A stretch of DNA of 64,000 nucleotides from Candidatus Omnitrophota bacterium (GTDB taxonomy: Bacteria; Omnitrophota; Gorgyraeia; Duberdicusellales; 4484-171): positions 90,523 to 154,522 of the forward strand of contig JAFGQU010000013.1 in NCBI GenBank assembly GCA_016935525.1, given 5' to 3'. The translations under genes were made by a program, and so were the position numbers. This document shows positions 8,421 to 17,115 of this stretch, in pieces. The stretch's first letter is position 1; each line of letters opens with the position of its first letter. The notes below the pieces were generated by a model. It was given only the letters and a program-made list of their open reading frames with translations, had not been told where the DNA came from and did not search any database.

Positions 8421-9735
8421 AGCCCCATCCGGGCTTCCCGAACATATCGGGATCCCGCTGGATAAACATGTTGGGGTGAGGGAAAAGCCCGGGGTTCCTT
8501 TGGGGCGGAATCCTCGCCACCTCCATCCACGGCCTGAAGGCCGTGGTTTTAAGCGGCGGGATAGATGGCCTTTCCGGTTACGCGGAGTCAATCTGGGAGG
8601 ATGGCTGTTAATGGAGGGATATCTTTTGGCGGGGAGGAATATTGCCGTAAAAGAGATAAAATCCCAGTTTAAAAAGCAATATGGGCCACAGGAGTTAGAG
8701 AAATTCGAGAAAGCGTTTCGTACGAATTTTATTACCGAGGACGATTTTAAGACTATCAGCCGATGGGGAGCTAATTGTATCCGGGTACCGTTTCATTACC
8801 GTCTTTTAGAAAAAGGCCCGTTCCGTCAGAATACACAGGGGATACGGTTATTGGGAAAAGTCCTGGATTGGGCTGGAAATCACGGATTAAAAGTCATTCT
8901 TGACCTTCATGCCGCGCCCGGGGCGCAGAATCACGATTGGCACGCGGATTCGACCGGTGAAGCCCTGTTTTGGCAGGACGTATCGCTGCGGGAAAGATGT
9001 CTTGAGATATGGGAGTGTATCGTTGATCAGCTGAAAGATAAACCGGCCCTTTACGGGTATGATGTATTGAACGAACCGGTCCTGGATAAAAGGGAGATAC
9101 CTCAATTGACCCGGTTTTATTCCCGGCTCATCCGGAGTATAAAAAGTATCGATAAAGATCATACTATTTTCCTGGAAGGTAATCTCTGGGCGACCCAGAT
9201 CGATTTTTTGAAAGATCTGATTGCCGAAAGAGTCGCGATCAGTATCCATTCCTATGTTCCCCTGGATTACAGTTTTCAATTCATACCGTATTTGAGGTAT
9301 CCGGGTACAATCGGTTCCGAGAAATGGGATAAAAAGAAAATATTTAAATGTCTTCAAGGGTACCATGCTTTCGCTCAAAAGAACAAAGTCGACATATTCG
9401 TGGGTGAATTCGGCGTGAATTGGCGCGGCGGTCATTACGGTGAAGGCCGGTATCTTAAAGATATCCTTGACGCGTTTGAGCAGTATAAGTTCCATTATAC
9501 GTATTGGACGTATAAAGCGATAAAGACTTATACGTTTCCCGATGGGATAGTCCAATATCTGCCTAATCCTCCAAGTGTATGCCGCCAGGGCCCGGTTTCG
9601 GGGATGGAAACGTACATTACCCTGTGGGGGAAAAAGAAAAACGATATTATTAATACTTGGAAGACGAAAAACTATACCGTCAATGAAGGGGTACTTGAGG
9701 TCTTACAGACTTATTTCCAAAGGAATAAAAAATGA
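8401..9735 (+). CDS. Glycoside hydrolase family 5 (cytoplasmic); N-terminus extended by a palindromic insertion, start uncertain
   Basis: LRGVNLGGWLLMEGY, IRVPFHY, ILDLHAAPGAQN, YDVLNEP (acid/base), VGEFG (nucleophile), YWTYK. Confidence 0.9.
   Translation: MPDHVNEAPSGLPEHIGIPLDKHVGVREKPGVPLGRNPRHLHPRPEGRGFKRRDRWPFRLRGVNLGGWLLMEGYLLAGRNIAVKEIKSQFKKQYGPQELEKFEKAFRTNFITEDDFKTISRWGANCIRVPFHYRLLEKGPFRQNTQGIRLLGKVLDWAGNHGLKVILDLHAAPGAQNHDWHADSTGEALFWQDVSLRERCLEIWECIVDQLKDKPALYGYDVLNEPVLDKREIPQLTRFYSRLIRSIKSIDKDHTIFLEGNLWATQIDFLKDLIAERVAISIHSYVPLDYSFQFIPYLRYPGTIGSEKWDKKKIFKCLQGYHAFAQKNKVDIFVGEFGVNWRGGHYGEGRYLKDILDAFEQYKFHYTYWTYKAIKTYTFPDGIVQYLPNPPSVCRQGPVSGMETYITLWGKKKNDIINTWKTKNYTVNEGVLEVLQTYFQRNKK
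8419..8562. mobile_element. Two adjacent palindromic (REP/MITE-like) elements inside the GH5 5' end
   Basis: Hairpin 1 GCCCCA..CCGGGCTT...AAGCCCGG..TGGGGC (8422-8506); hairpin 2 ATCCTCGCC..CCACGGCC-TGAA-GGCCGTGG..GGCGGGAT (8510-8562), resembling IS200/IS605-type end palindromes. Confidence 0.6.
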
Positions 9736-10367
9736 AAGTCGTTCCGGCACTTTTGACTGATAATAAAGATGAATTCCTGAAAATGATCGATATCTGCCGG
9801 GGATTCACCGATTACGTGCAGGTGGATATCATGGACGGAGAATTCGTGCCGTCGGCAAGTATCACACTCGATGAGTTAACCCAATGCCGGTCTTCGATAG
9901 GAAGTGAGGCCCATTTGATGGTCGAGGACCCTATCCGGTGGATTGTGCCGTTTAAACAGTTTGGTGCCGACCGTATTATCTTTCATCATGAGATGAAAAG
10001 GAAAAACCATGCTGAGGTTATCGAGAAGATCCGCGAGAATGGGTTAAGCGCGGGGCTTGCCGTCAATCCCTCGACCCCAATAGACGATTTTAAAGGCCTT
10101 ATTCCCGATCTCGATATGGTGTTATTTATGAGTGTCATCCCCGGTTTTTACGGCAGTCAGTTTATCCCCGAGGTACTCGATAAGATCCGTACATTCAAAT
10201 CCCTGTTTCCTCAAACCATAGCCGCGATCGACGGGGGCGTCAAGTTAGATAATGCCAAGGAGATCATCCGGTCAGGTGTGGATTATCTTTGTGTGGGCAG
10301 CGCGTTATTAAAAGCGGACCCGCCTCAGGACGCCTACCGCCAGTTCAGGGAATTAACTCATGGGTAA
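9732..10367 (+). CDS. rpe: Ribulose-phosphate 3-epimerase
   Basis: VDIMDGEFVP, EAHLMV, MSVIPGFYGSQF, IDGGV, VGSAL. Confidence 0.93.
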   Translation: MKVVPALLTDNKDEFLKMIDICRGFTDYVQVDIMDGEFVPSASITLDELTQCRSSIGSEAHLMVEDPIRWIVPFKQFGADRIIFHHEMKRKNHAEVIEKIRENGLSAGLAVNPSTPIDDFKGLIPDLDMVLFMSVIPGFYGSQFIPEVLDKIRTFKSLFPQTIAAIDGGVKLDNAKEIIRSGVDYLCVGSALLKADPPQDAYRQFRELTHG

Positions 10368-11175
10368 AGTCGCTAAGATATCACTTATCATCGGGTTTAT
10401 TATCATCGCGGCGCTTGTGTTGTACACTTCTTTCCGTACGACAAAAGACGCCATCGGTAACGCGCCGACACTTGCCGTTATCCCGGATGCCGCGTCGGGA
10501 TATCCTCGGCCTTATTGCGCGTTGATCTTTGATGATCTTGGCACAAGTATCGAAGAAATAAAATCTCTGTATGATCTGGATATTCCCCTTACGATCTCGG
10601 TGTTTCCGGAAGAGCGGTTTTCTAAGAACGTAGCGTATATCGGACAACGGTGCGGGTTTAGCGTGCTTATTCATCTGCCGTTAGAACCAAAAACCGAGAT
10701 AGAAAGCTACAGAAAAGTAAAAAAAGATTTTATCGGGACTCATCACGGCCGTCAGGGAAACGAACGGTTACTGCGGAAATACCTGAATTCGATACGTATC
10801 GCGATGGGAGTAAATAATCATATGGGTTCAAAAGCGACCGAAAACCCTAAAATAATGAGGTTAGTGTTAAGCCATATGAAACGGGACAACCTGGTGTTTG
10901 TCGATAGCCTGACTTCTCTCGATTCGATAGCCTGCGAAGTCGCCGCGCAGGTCGGTGTGCGCTGCCGCCGAAACGACGGATTTCTTGACGCGGTCGATGA
11001 TACGGAAGTGATTAAAGAGAAAATAGTGAAACTCATCGCGCTTGCCCGGGAAAAGGGGAAAATAATCGTCATCGCGCATCCTCGTGCGAATACCCTGACC
11101 GTATTAGAAGAACTCATGCCGGCCTTAAAAGAACAGTTACAGTTCGTTACCCTTAAAGATTATCTGGAATTATGA
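10360..11175 (+). CDS. Divergent polysaccharide deacetylase family protein
   Basis: N-terminal TM, ALIFDDLG, IHLPLEP, GVNNHMGS, FVDSLT, IAHP. Confidence 0.9.
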   Translation: MGKVAKISLIIGFIIIAALVLYTSFRTTKDAIGNAPTLAVIPDAASGYPRPYCALIFDDLGTSIEEIKSLYDLDIPLTISVFPEERFSKNVAYIGQRCGFSVLIHLPLEPKTEIESYRKVKKDFIGTHHGRQGNERLLRKYLNSIRIAMGVNNHMGSKATENPKIMRLVLSHMKRDNLVFVDSLTSLDSIACEVAAQVGVRCRRNDGFLDAVDDTEVIKEKIVKLIALAREKGKIIVIAHPRANTLTVLEELMPALKEQLQFVTLKDYLEL

Positions 11176-11747
11176 AAAAAGTGTTACTGCATATATGCTG
11201 TGGTGTATGTGCCGCGGGTGCGGCGCACCGTCTGCACGAAGAAGGATTCGGTGTGGCCGGATTTTATTTTAACCCGAATATCCATCCCCGGGATGAATAC
11301 GAAAAACGTAAAGAAAACCTGAAACATATCCGGGCCGCGTTTGATATTGAGGTGATCGAAGGCGAATACGCTCCGCGAAAATGGTTTGATGTGTGCCGGG
11401 GATTTGCTGATGAGCCGGAACGAGGCACACGTTGCCAGCTCTGTTATCGTCTGCGGCTTCAGGAGACGTACCGGGTGAGTAAAGAAAAAAAGTTCGACTA
11501 TTTTACGACTACCCTTACGATAAGCCCGCATAAAGAAAGCAGTGTTGTTTTTGAAATAGCAAAATCCGTCGGCGGGGAAGCATTTTTGCCTGTCGATTTT
11601 AAAAAGAAAGACGGATTCAAAATAGCAAATCAGTTCGCCAAAGAACATGATCTTTACCGGCAGGATTATTGCGGGTGCGTATATAGTCTTTTAAAACGAA
11701 GGAGTCACATAGTCATCCCGTGGAATTCGCAGAATTCCCGGGACTGA
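11172..11747 (+). CDS. queH: Epoxyqueuosine reductase QueH
   Basis: LLHICCGVCA, FNPNIHP, TTLTISPHK, YRQDYCGC; last ~14 codons run into repeat DNA. Confidence 0.92.
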   Translation: MKKVLLHICCGVCAAGAAHRLHEEGFGVAGFYFNPNIHPRDEYEKRKENLKHIRAAFDIEVIEGEYAPRKWFDVCRGFADEPERGTRCQLCYRLRLQETYRVSKEKKFDYFTTTLTISPHKESSVVFEIAKSVGGEAFLPVDFKKKDGFKIANQFAKEHDLYRQDYCGCVYSLLKRRSHIVIPWNSQNSRD

Positions 11748-11946
11748 ATCCCCGAAATTTATCAGTGATAAATTTCAAGGGGTAAGGTCACATAGTCACA
11801 ATGTATAGGTCGCATAGACACATAGTCACAAGGTCACACGTGAAGGAAACAGGGGTTTTTCATGTGACATGTGACGTGCAACGTGTGACAAAACTGCTGT
11901 GCAGATTTTCGTGTGACGTGTGTCGTGTGACGTGTGTCGTGTGACC
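11704..11946. repeat. Inverted GTCACA tandem arrays with three inserted small hairpins
   Basis: Left units 11704-11844, right GTGTGAC/GTGTGTC units 11859-11946; inserts at 11716-11743, 11750-11782 and 11890-11909. Confidence 0.9.
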
Positions 11947-12861
11947 ATGCGTTATTATTCATACAATCGGTATTTGCGGGAGAAGTTCGGCGAAAGGGTG
12001 CATCGGATAAGCCTTGATGCCGGGTTTAGTTGCCCTAATATCGACGGTACTTTGAGCGATACCGGGTGTATTTACTGTAATAACTCCGCGTTCAGCCATT
12101 TCACAAAGGAGAAAAAGGATATCCGTACCCAGATCAAAGAATCGATCCGGTTTTATGGACAGAAGATGAACGTAAAGAGATTTATCGCCTATTTCCAGGC
12201 GTTCTCCAGTACCTATGCCGATATTGATAGATTAAAGGAAACATATGATATCATCAAAGAGTTTCCCCAGATCGTGGGGCTGTCGATATCTACCCGGCCG
12301 GATTGTGTTGATGAAGAAAAGATAGCGATGATTGCCGATTATGCCAAAGAGTATCTGGTCTGGATGGAATACGGCCTCCAGACTACGCACAACCGGATGT
12401 TGGAGATGATCAACCGTAAACACAGTTACGAAGACTTTTTAAGCGCTTTTACGATTACAAAAAAATATGATATTTCTGTGGGGGTGCATATGATCATCGG
12501 CCTTCCCGGACACACAAGAGCCGATATGCTCGGCGATGCCGAACGTATCGCGAGTGTAGGGGTAGACGGTATAAAATTCCATGTACTTCATGTCTTAAAG
12601 AATACGGCGCTGGAGAAATGGTATCAGGAAGGGGAAGTATCGTTACTTACCAGAGATGCGTATGTCGGTATGGTATGTGATTATGTAGAGAGGTTACCGA
12701 AAGAGACAGTGATTTTAAGATTGGTTTCGACCGCAGATAAAGAATGTCTTATCGCTCCCGATTGGATCAATGACCGTACATCAGTCATGAACGCTATCAA
12801 TGAAGAGCTTGACCGAAGAGGAAGCTATCAGGGAGCGAAATGCGTAACGCGTAACGCGTAA
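11947..12861 (+). CDS. TIGR01212 (YhcC/YtqA-type) radical SAM protein
   Basis: MRYYSYNRYLREKFG, LDAGFSCPNIDGT..GCIYC, STRPDC, GIKFHVLHV; the longer ORF-track start is repeat-derived. Confidence 0.92.
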   Translation: MRYYSYNRYLREKFGERVHRISLDAGFSCPNIDGTLSDTGCIYCNNSAFSHFTKEKKDIRTQIKESIRFYGQKMNVKRFIAYFQAFSSTYADIDRLKETYDIIKEFPQIVGLSISTRPDCVDEEKIAMIADYAKEYLVWMEYGLQTTHNRMLEMINRKHSYEDFLSAFTITKKYDISVGVHMIIGLPGHTRADMLGDAERIASVGVDGIKFHVLHVLKNTALEKWYQEGEVSLLTRDAYVGMVCDYVERLPKETVILRLVSTADKECLIAPDWINDRTSVMNAINEELDRRGSYQGAKCVTRNA

Positions 12862-12997
12862 CGTGTCATGCGTTTAAAATGATAATGATCAATGCAAATT
12901 TAGCAGTTAACAATTAGCAATGTAACACAGGGTATCCTTATTGTATTTATTCTCTTCATTGTTAAATGATAATTGCTAATTGAGAATTGATAATTTT
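12842..12997. repeat. GCGTAAC heptamer array followed by an inverted CAATTAG/CTAATTG heptamer pair
   Basis: (GCGTAAC)x3 plus degenerate units 12842-12873; left arm 12876-12922 and right arm 12957-12997. Confidence 0.85.
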
Positions 12998-13002
12998 CGT
13001 AT

Positions 13003-13443
13003 ATGAAAGTTTTAGTGATACGAGTCCATAGAGGAGAATTGAAGGCCGAAGGGAAAGTTTTTTCCACGATCGGTCCGGGGATCTCGGTATTTGTGGGATT
13101 AGAAAAAGAAGATACCCGGGAAGGCCTTATTACGATGGCGGAAAAAGTAGTTGCGTTAAGGATCTTTGAAGATGAGCGCGGTAAAATGAATTTTTCGGTA
13201 AAGGACAAAAAGTATGATATCCTGTGTATTCCCAATTTTACGTTATGCGCCGATACCGAAGGCGGCCGCCGGCCGTCTTTTGATAACGCGATGAAGCCCC
13301 AAGGAGCAAAAAACATGTATGATGAGTTTGTGGAATTACTCAAATCGTATACAATAGAGGTAAAGACCGGAATATTCGGCGCGCATATGGATATTCAGTT
13401 AGATCTGGACGGCCCGGTCAACATCATTTTGCAGGCAAAATGA
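13003..13443 (+). CDS. dtd: D-aminoacyl-tRNA deacylase
   Basis: LRIFEDERGKMN, PNFTLCADT.GGRRPSF, TGIFGAHM, DGPV. Confidence 0.95.
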   Translation: MKVLVIRVHRGELKAEGKVFSTIGPGISVFVGLEKEDTREGLITMAEKVVALRIFEDERGKMNFSVKDKKYDILCIPNFTLCADTEGGRRPSFDNAMKPQGAKNMYDEFVELLKSYTIEVKTGIFGAHMDIQLDLDGPVNIILQAK

Positions 13444-13446
13444 TGT

Positions 13447-13518
13447 CGTAACGCGTAATGCGTTCTGCGTAAGATAGAGAGCAAAATTCGCGTTACGCGT
13501 GTCGCGTTTCGCGGTACG
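13447..13518. repeat. Inverted GCGTAAC/GTTACGC heptamer arrays
   Basis: CGTAACGCGTAATGCGTTCTGCGTAA ... TTCGCGTTACGCGTGTCGCGTTTCGCGGTACG. Confidence 0.85.
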
Positions 13519-13527
13519 GTGAAAACT

Positions 13528-14283
13528 ATGTGTCCGATATTATTTAACATAGGTTTATTTACGATATACACTTACGGGGTATTGGTGTTTATGGGGGTAA
13601 TGGCCGGATACCTTTTCGCGATGCGTGAGGCGAAAAGGTGCCGGTTAGATACCAAGCTTTTTTCCGATATCTTGTTCTGGTCGATCATCGGCGCGTTTAT
13701 CGGCGCTCGGGTTTTATATCTGATAGTCGAATGGGACATGTTTCTCGAAGAACCGGCCGCGATGCTTCTGGGCCGGGCCGGATTTGTATTTTACGGGGGA
13801 GTGATCGGGGGATTAGCGGTGTTATATCTCCTTACCCGAAAATATCGGGTAAATTTTCTGGAACATGTAGATATCATCGCGTTGACTATTCCGTTAGGCC
13901 ATTTCTTCGGCCGGTTAGGATGTTTTTTTTACGGCTGTTGTTACGGCCGGCATACCGATTCCTGGATCGGGATCGAGTTTCCGCATGGTTCGCCGGCCGG
14001 GATGATCGGCGGGAAAGTCATTCCGACTCAATTGATCTCCGCCTTTTTCCTGCTGATGATCTTTTTTCTCCTGCTTTTTATCCGCCGCCGTCAGCGGTTC
14101 CAAGGGCAGATTTTGCTTTCTTATTTCATCCTTTACGGGATATTCCGGTTTATTATCGAATTCTTCCGCGGCGACCCGCGGGGATTTTGGGGGATCTTTT
14201 CTACCTCACAGGTCATAGCTCTTCTTTTAATCATCTCCGGTATCATCGGATGGAGCCGTTTAGCGCGGCCCTCTCGGCGTTGA
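13528..14283 (+). CDS. lgt: Prolipoprotein diacylglyceryl transferase
   Basis: IGARVLY, GFVFYGG, GRLGCFFYGCCYG, PTQL, RFIIEFFRGD; alternative GTG start at 13519. Confidence 0.95.
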   Translation: MCPILFNIGLFTIYTYGVLVFMGVMAGYLFAMREAKRCRLDTKLFSDILFWSIIGAFIGARVLYLIVEWDMFLEEPAAMLLGRAGFVFYGGVIGGLAVLYLLTRKYRVNFLEHVDIIALTIPLGHFFGRLGCFFYGCCYGRHTDSWIGIEFPHGSPAGMIGGKVIPTQLISAFFLLMIFFLLLFIRRRQRFQGQILLSYFILYGIFRFIIEFFRGDPRGFWGIFSTSQVIALLLIISGIIGWSRLARPSRR

Positions 14284-14299
14284 TATATCAGAAAAACCC

Positions 14300-14328
14300 T
14301 TGCAAATCAAAAAAATATTTATTAATAT
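14300..14328 (+). promoter_or_regulatory. Candidate sigma70 promoter for the nspC operon
   Basis: TTGCAA-N17-TAATAT. Confidence 0.45.
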
Positions 14329-14349
14329 AAAATGAAAAATTTATATAGG

Positions 14350-14382
14350 GATTGCGGTGATTATAGCGGGATTGCGGCGATT
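14350..14382 (+). repeat. GATTGCGGYGATT repeat (left arm of the 9-mer GATT/AATC family)
   Basis: GATTGCGGTGATT 14350-14362 and GATTGCGGCGATT 14370-14382. Confidence 0.8.
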
Positions 14383-14397
14383 TTTTAAAGGTTAATT

Positions 14398-15501
14398 ATG
14401 AAGTTAAAAACACCCTATTATTTGATTGACGAGAAAAAACTGTTAAAAAACCTTAAGATCATCAAATATATCCGTGATTACTGCGGGGCAAAGTCAGTTC
14501 TGGCCCTCAAATGTTTCTCAACTTGGGGTGTTTTTAAACTGATGAAGAAATATATGGATGGGACTACAGCCAGTTCACCGTATGAGGCCCGTTTAGGATA
14601 TGAGAAATTCGGCAAGGAAGTTCATGCCTATTCAGTCGGCTACTCAAAGGAGGACATAAAGGAAGTCGGCAAGATCGCCGACACGGTTATTTTTAACTCG
14701 GTATCGCAGTTAAAAACTTTTTATTCTTCTGTCCGTACCTGTAAGGTGGGGCTACGAATAAATCCTCGAGTAAGTTATTCCCACTTTGATCTTGCTGATC
14801 CGGCCCGGAGATATTCACGATTAGGGGTGGTAGATAAAAACTCTCTTTCAAAAGTGATGCATTTGATCAGCGGGGTCATGTTTCACTTTAACTGTGAGAA
14901 CGATGATCTCAAAACATTTTCCAAACATCTGGATTACATCACTGAACAATATGAGAGTATTCTTAAACGGTTAGAATGGGTAAGCCTTGGCGGAGGGCTC
15001 TATTTTACGAAAGCAGACTATCCGGTCAAAAAGTTCTGCAGGAAATTGAAAGAATTCAGCGATCGATTTAAACTGCAAATCTATTTAGAGCCGGGGGAAA
15101 GTGCGATTACTCAGTCAGCCGAGCTGGTAACGACGGTGCTTGATATTGTTAAGAATCAGATCGATATCGCTATTGTCGACGCTTCAACTGAGGCCCATAT
15201 GCTTGATCTTTTGATCTATCGTAGCCAGGCGAAAATAAGAGAGGCAGGAGGCGGTAAATACCGATATATGATCGCCGGGAGGTCCTGTTTAGCCGGTGAT
15301 ATTTTCGGGACATATCGGTTTCCCTCGAAGTTAAAAACAGGCAGTATTATCAGGTTTTCCGATGCTGCGGGATATACGATGGTAAAGAAAAATTGGTTTA
15401 ACGGTTTAAAAATGCCGGCAATTGTGGTAAAAAGATTGAATGGAAAGATTGATGTGGTCCGTAAGTTCGAGTATAAAGATTTCATGACGAATCTATCTTA
15501 A
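14398..15501 (+). CDS. nspC: Carboxynorspermidine/carboxyspermidine decarboxylase
   Basis: TPYYLIDE, LALKCFS (PLP lysine), DPARRYSRLG, LEPGE, SCLAGDIFG, YTMVKKNWFNG. Confidence 0.93.
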   Translation: MKLKTPYYLIDEKKLLKNLKIIKYIRDYCGAKSVLALKCFSTWGVFKLMKKYMDGTTASSPYEARLGYEKFGKEVHAYSVGYSKEDIKEVGKIADTVIFNSVSQLKTFYSSVRTCKVGLRINPRVSYSHFDLADPARRYSRLGVVDKNSLSKVMHLISGVMFHFNCENDDLKTFSKHLDYITEQYESILKRLEWVSLGGGLYFTKADYPVKKFCRKLKEFSDRFKLQIYLEPGESAITQSAELVTTVLDIVKNQIDIAIVDASTEAHMLDLLIYRSQAKIREAGGGKYRYMIAGRSCLAGDIFGTYRFPSKLKTGSIIRFSDAAGYTMVKKNWFNGLKMPAIVVKRLNGKIDVVRKFEYKDFMTNLS

Positions 15502-15520
15502 GAAGAAAAGGGGGGTAGCT

Positions 15521-16789
15521 ATGAGAAAAAACGTGTTGATCGTCGGAGCCGGAGGGGTTGCTCATGTGGCTGCCCATAAATGCGTGCAAAACAATGACGT
15601 GCTGGGCGATATCTGTATCGCATCGCGGACGCAAAGTAAATGTGATAAGATCATCGAAAGCGTAAAAAAGAAAAAAAGCCTGAAAGATCCCTCAAAAAAG
15701 ATATATTCCCGTCAGATCAACGCATTGGATATCCCCGCTACGGTAAAGCTTATCCGGGATACCGGTTCACAGATCGTGATCAACCTTGCTCAGGCTTATG
15801 TGAATATGTCGTTACTCGAAGCCTGTATGAAAAGCGGGGCTGCCTATATAGATACCGCGATACATGAAGAACCGCATAAAGTCTGTGAAGATCCGCCTTG
15901 GTACGGTAATTATGAATGGAAACGTAAAGATAAATGTAAAGAAACCGGTACTACCGCTATTTTAGGAGCCGGGTTCGATCCCGGGGTAGTCAACGCCTAC
16001 GCGGCGCTTGCGGTGAAACATCATTTCGATACGATCGATACGATCGATATCCTGGATGTAAACGCCGGTAATCACGGCAGATATTTTTCGACGAATTTCG
16101 ACCCGGAAATAAATTTCCGCGAATTCAAAAAAGTATGGACCTGGATCGACCGCAGATGGGTGATGGAGAAAGTCCATTCGATAAAGATGATCTATGATTT
16201 CCCGGTCGTCGGTGAACAACCGGTCTATTTGAACGGCCATGACGAACTCCATTCGTTATCGAAAAATATCGACGCCAATACTATCCGGTTCTGGATGGGG
16301 TTCAGCGATCATTATATCAATGTGTTCACGGTCCTGACTAAACTTGGGCTGACTTCAGAAAAACCGGTCCGGACCGCCGAAGGAGTCGAAGTCGTACCGT
16401 TAAAGGTATTGAAAGCGATCCTGCCCGATCCCTTATCGCTTGCGCCTGACTATACCGGAAAGACCTGTATCGGAGATTACGTGCGCGGCGAGAAGAACGG
16501 AGAAAAAAGGGAGATATTTATTTATAATACCTGCGATCACGCGGAGTGTTATAAAAAAGTAGAGTCCCAGGCAATCTGTTATACTGCCGGAGTACCGCCG
16601 GTTGCCGCCGCGATGCTTATTGCCAAAGATATCTGGGACGTAAGGACGATGGTGAATGTCGAAGAACTCGATCCCGATCCTTTTATCGAGTTGCTTGATA
16701 AAATAGGGTTACCAACTCAAATCGATGAAAGTCCGAAACCTCTACCGTCACAGGTAGCCGATCATCTGAAAGGGGTGGAATCAATATAA
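15521..16789 (+). CDS. Carboxynorspermidine/carboxyspermidine dehydrogenase (saccharopine dehydrogenase family)
   Basis: VLIVGAGGVA, GAGFDPGV, FSTNFDPEINFRE, LPDP.SLAP.YTGKTCIG; adjacent to nspC. Confidence 0.92.
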   Translation: MRKNVLIVGAGGVAHVAAHKCVQNNDVLGDICIASRTQSKCDKIIESVKKKKSLKDPSKKIYSRQINALDIPATVKLIRDTGSQIVINLAQAYVNMSLLEACMKSGAAYIDTAIHEEPHKVCEDPPWYGNYEWKRKDKCKETGTTAILGAGFDPGVVNAYAALAVKHHFDTIDTIDILDVNAGNHGRYFSTNFDPEINFREFKKVWTWIDRRWVMEKVHSIKMIYDFPVVGEQPVYLNGHDELHSLSKNIDANTIRFWMGFSDHYINVFTVLTKLGLTSEKPVRTAEGVEVVPLKVLKAILPDPLSLAPDYTGKTCIGDYVRGEKNGEKREIFIYNTCDHAECYKKVESQAICYTAGVPPVAAAMLIAKDIWDVRTMVNVEELDPDPFIELLDKIGLPTQIDESPKPLPSQVADHLKGVESI

Positions 16790-16945
16790 AAGTCACACGA
16801 CACAAAGTCACATAGTCACACGTTGTCTCGAAAGATATTAGAGATGATCACTGTGTATAATCTTCAATCAAATTCAGAATAATCACCGTAATCGATGCCG
16901 CAGGCGTAATCACTGTAATCAGGGGCTATTGTACCCCGCAATAGC
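16788..16945. repeat. Composite junction: GTCACA left arm, AGATGATCAC unit, AATC 9-mer right arm, short hairpin
   Basis: GTCACACGACACAAAGTCACATAGTCACACGT directly after the stop; AATCACCGTAATC 16881-16893; AATCACTGTAATC 16908-16920; GCTATTG..CAATAGC 16925-16945. Confidence 0.85.
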
Positions 16946-16953
16946 TTCAAATG

Positions 16954-16988
16954 TGTAAAATTTTCCGAATCTGTAAAATATCCTGACA
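16954..16988 (+). promoter_or_regulatory. Enhancer-binding sites (TGT-N11-ACA) typical of PEP-CTERM genes
   Basis: TGT-AAAATATCCTG-ACA 16972-16988 and near-copy TGT-AAAATTTTCCG-AAT 16954-16970, ~110 nt upstream of the sigma54 site. Confidence 0.7.
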
Positions 16989-17097
16989 CTTTTTGTGCCT
17001 GTTCTCATATCTGAAAGAATAGGTTTAAGAAATTTTTCCCTCAAAAACCTAAGTTTTAAAAAGGATATTAAATCCTACAGTTTTGGTAGTAATTTTT

Positions 17098-17115
17098 CCG
17101 GCATAAAAATTGCTT
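17098..17115 (+). promoter_or_regulatory. sigma54 (-24/-12) promoter
   Basis: CCGGCATAAAAATTGCTT = GG-N10-GC. Confidence 0.75.

Noticed and set aside
11920-11946. N-terminal extensions in the ORF track (11920, 21846, 18994, 4064, 34428, 44605)
   Set aside because: They are translations of repeat arms or of overlapping upstream genes; better starts are coupled to upstream stops, RBSs or conserved N-termini
12900-13343. Antisense and alternative-frame ORFs (e.g. 12900-13343, 8887-9555, 13638-14330, 49428-50030)
   Set aside because: Shadows of well-supported genes with no family motifs
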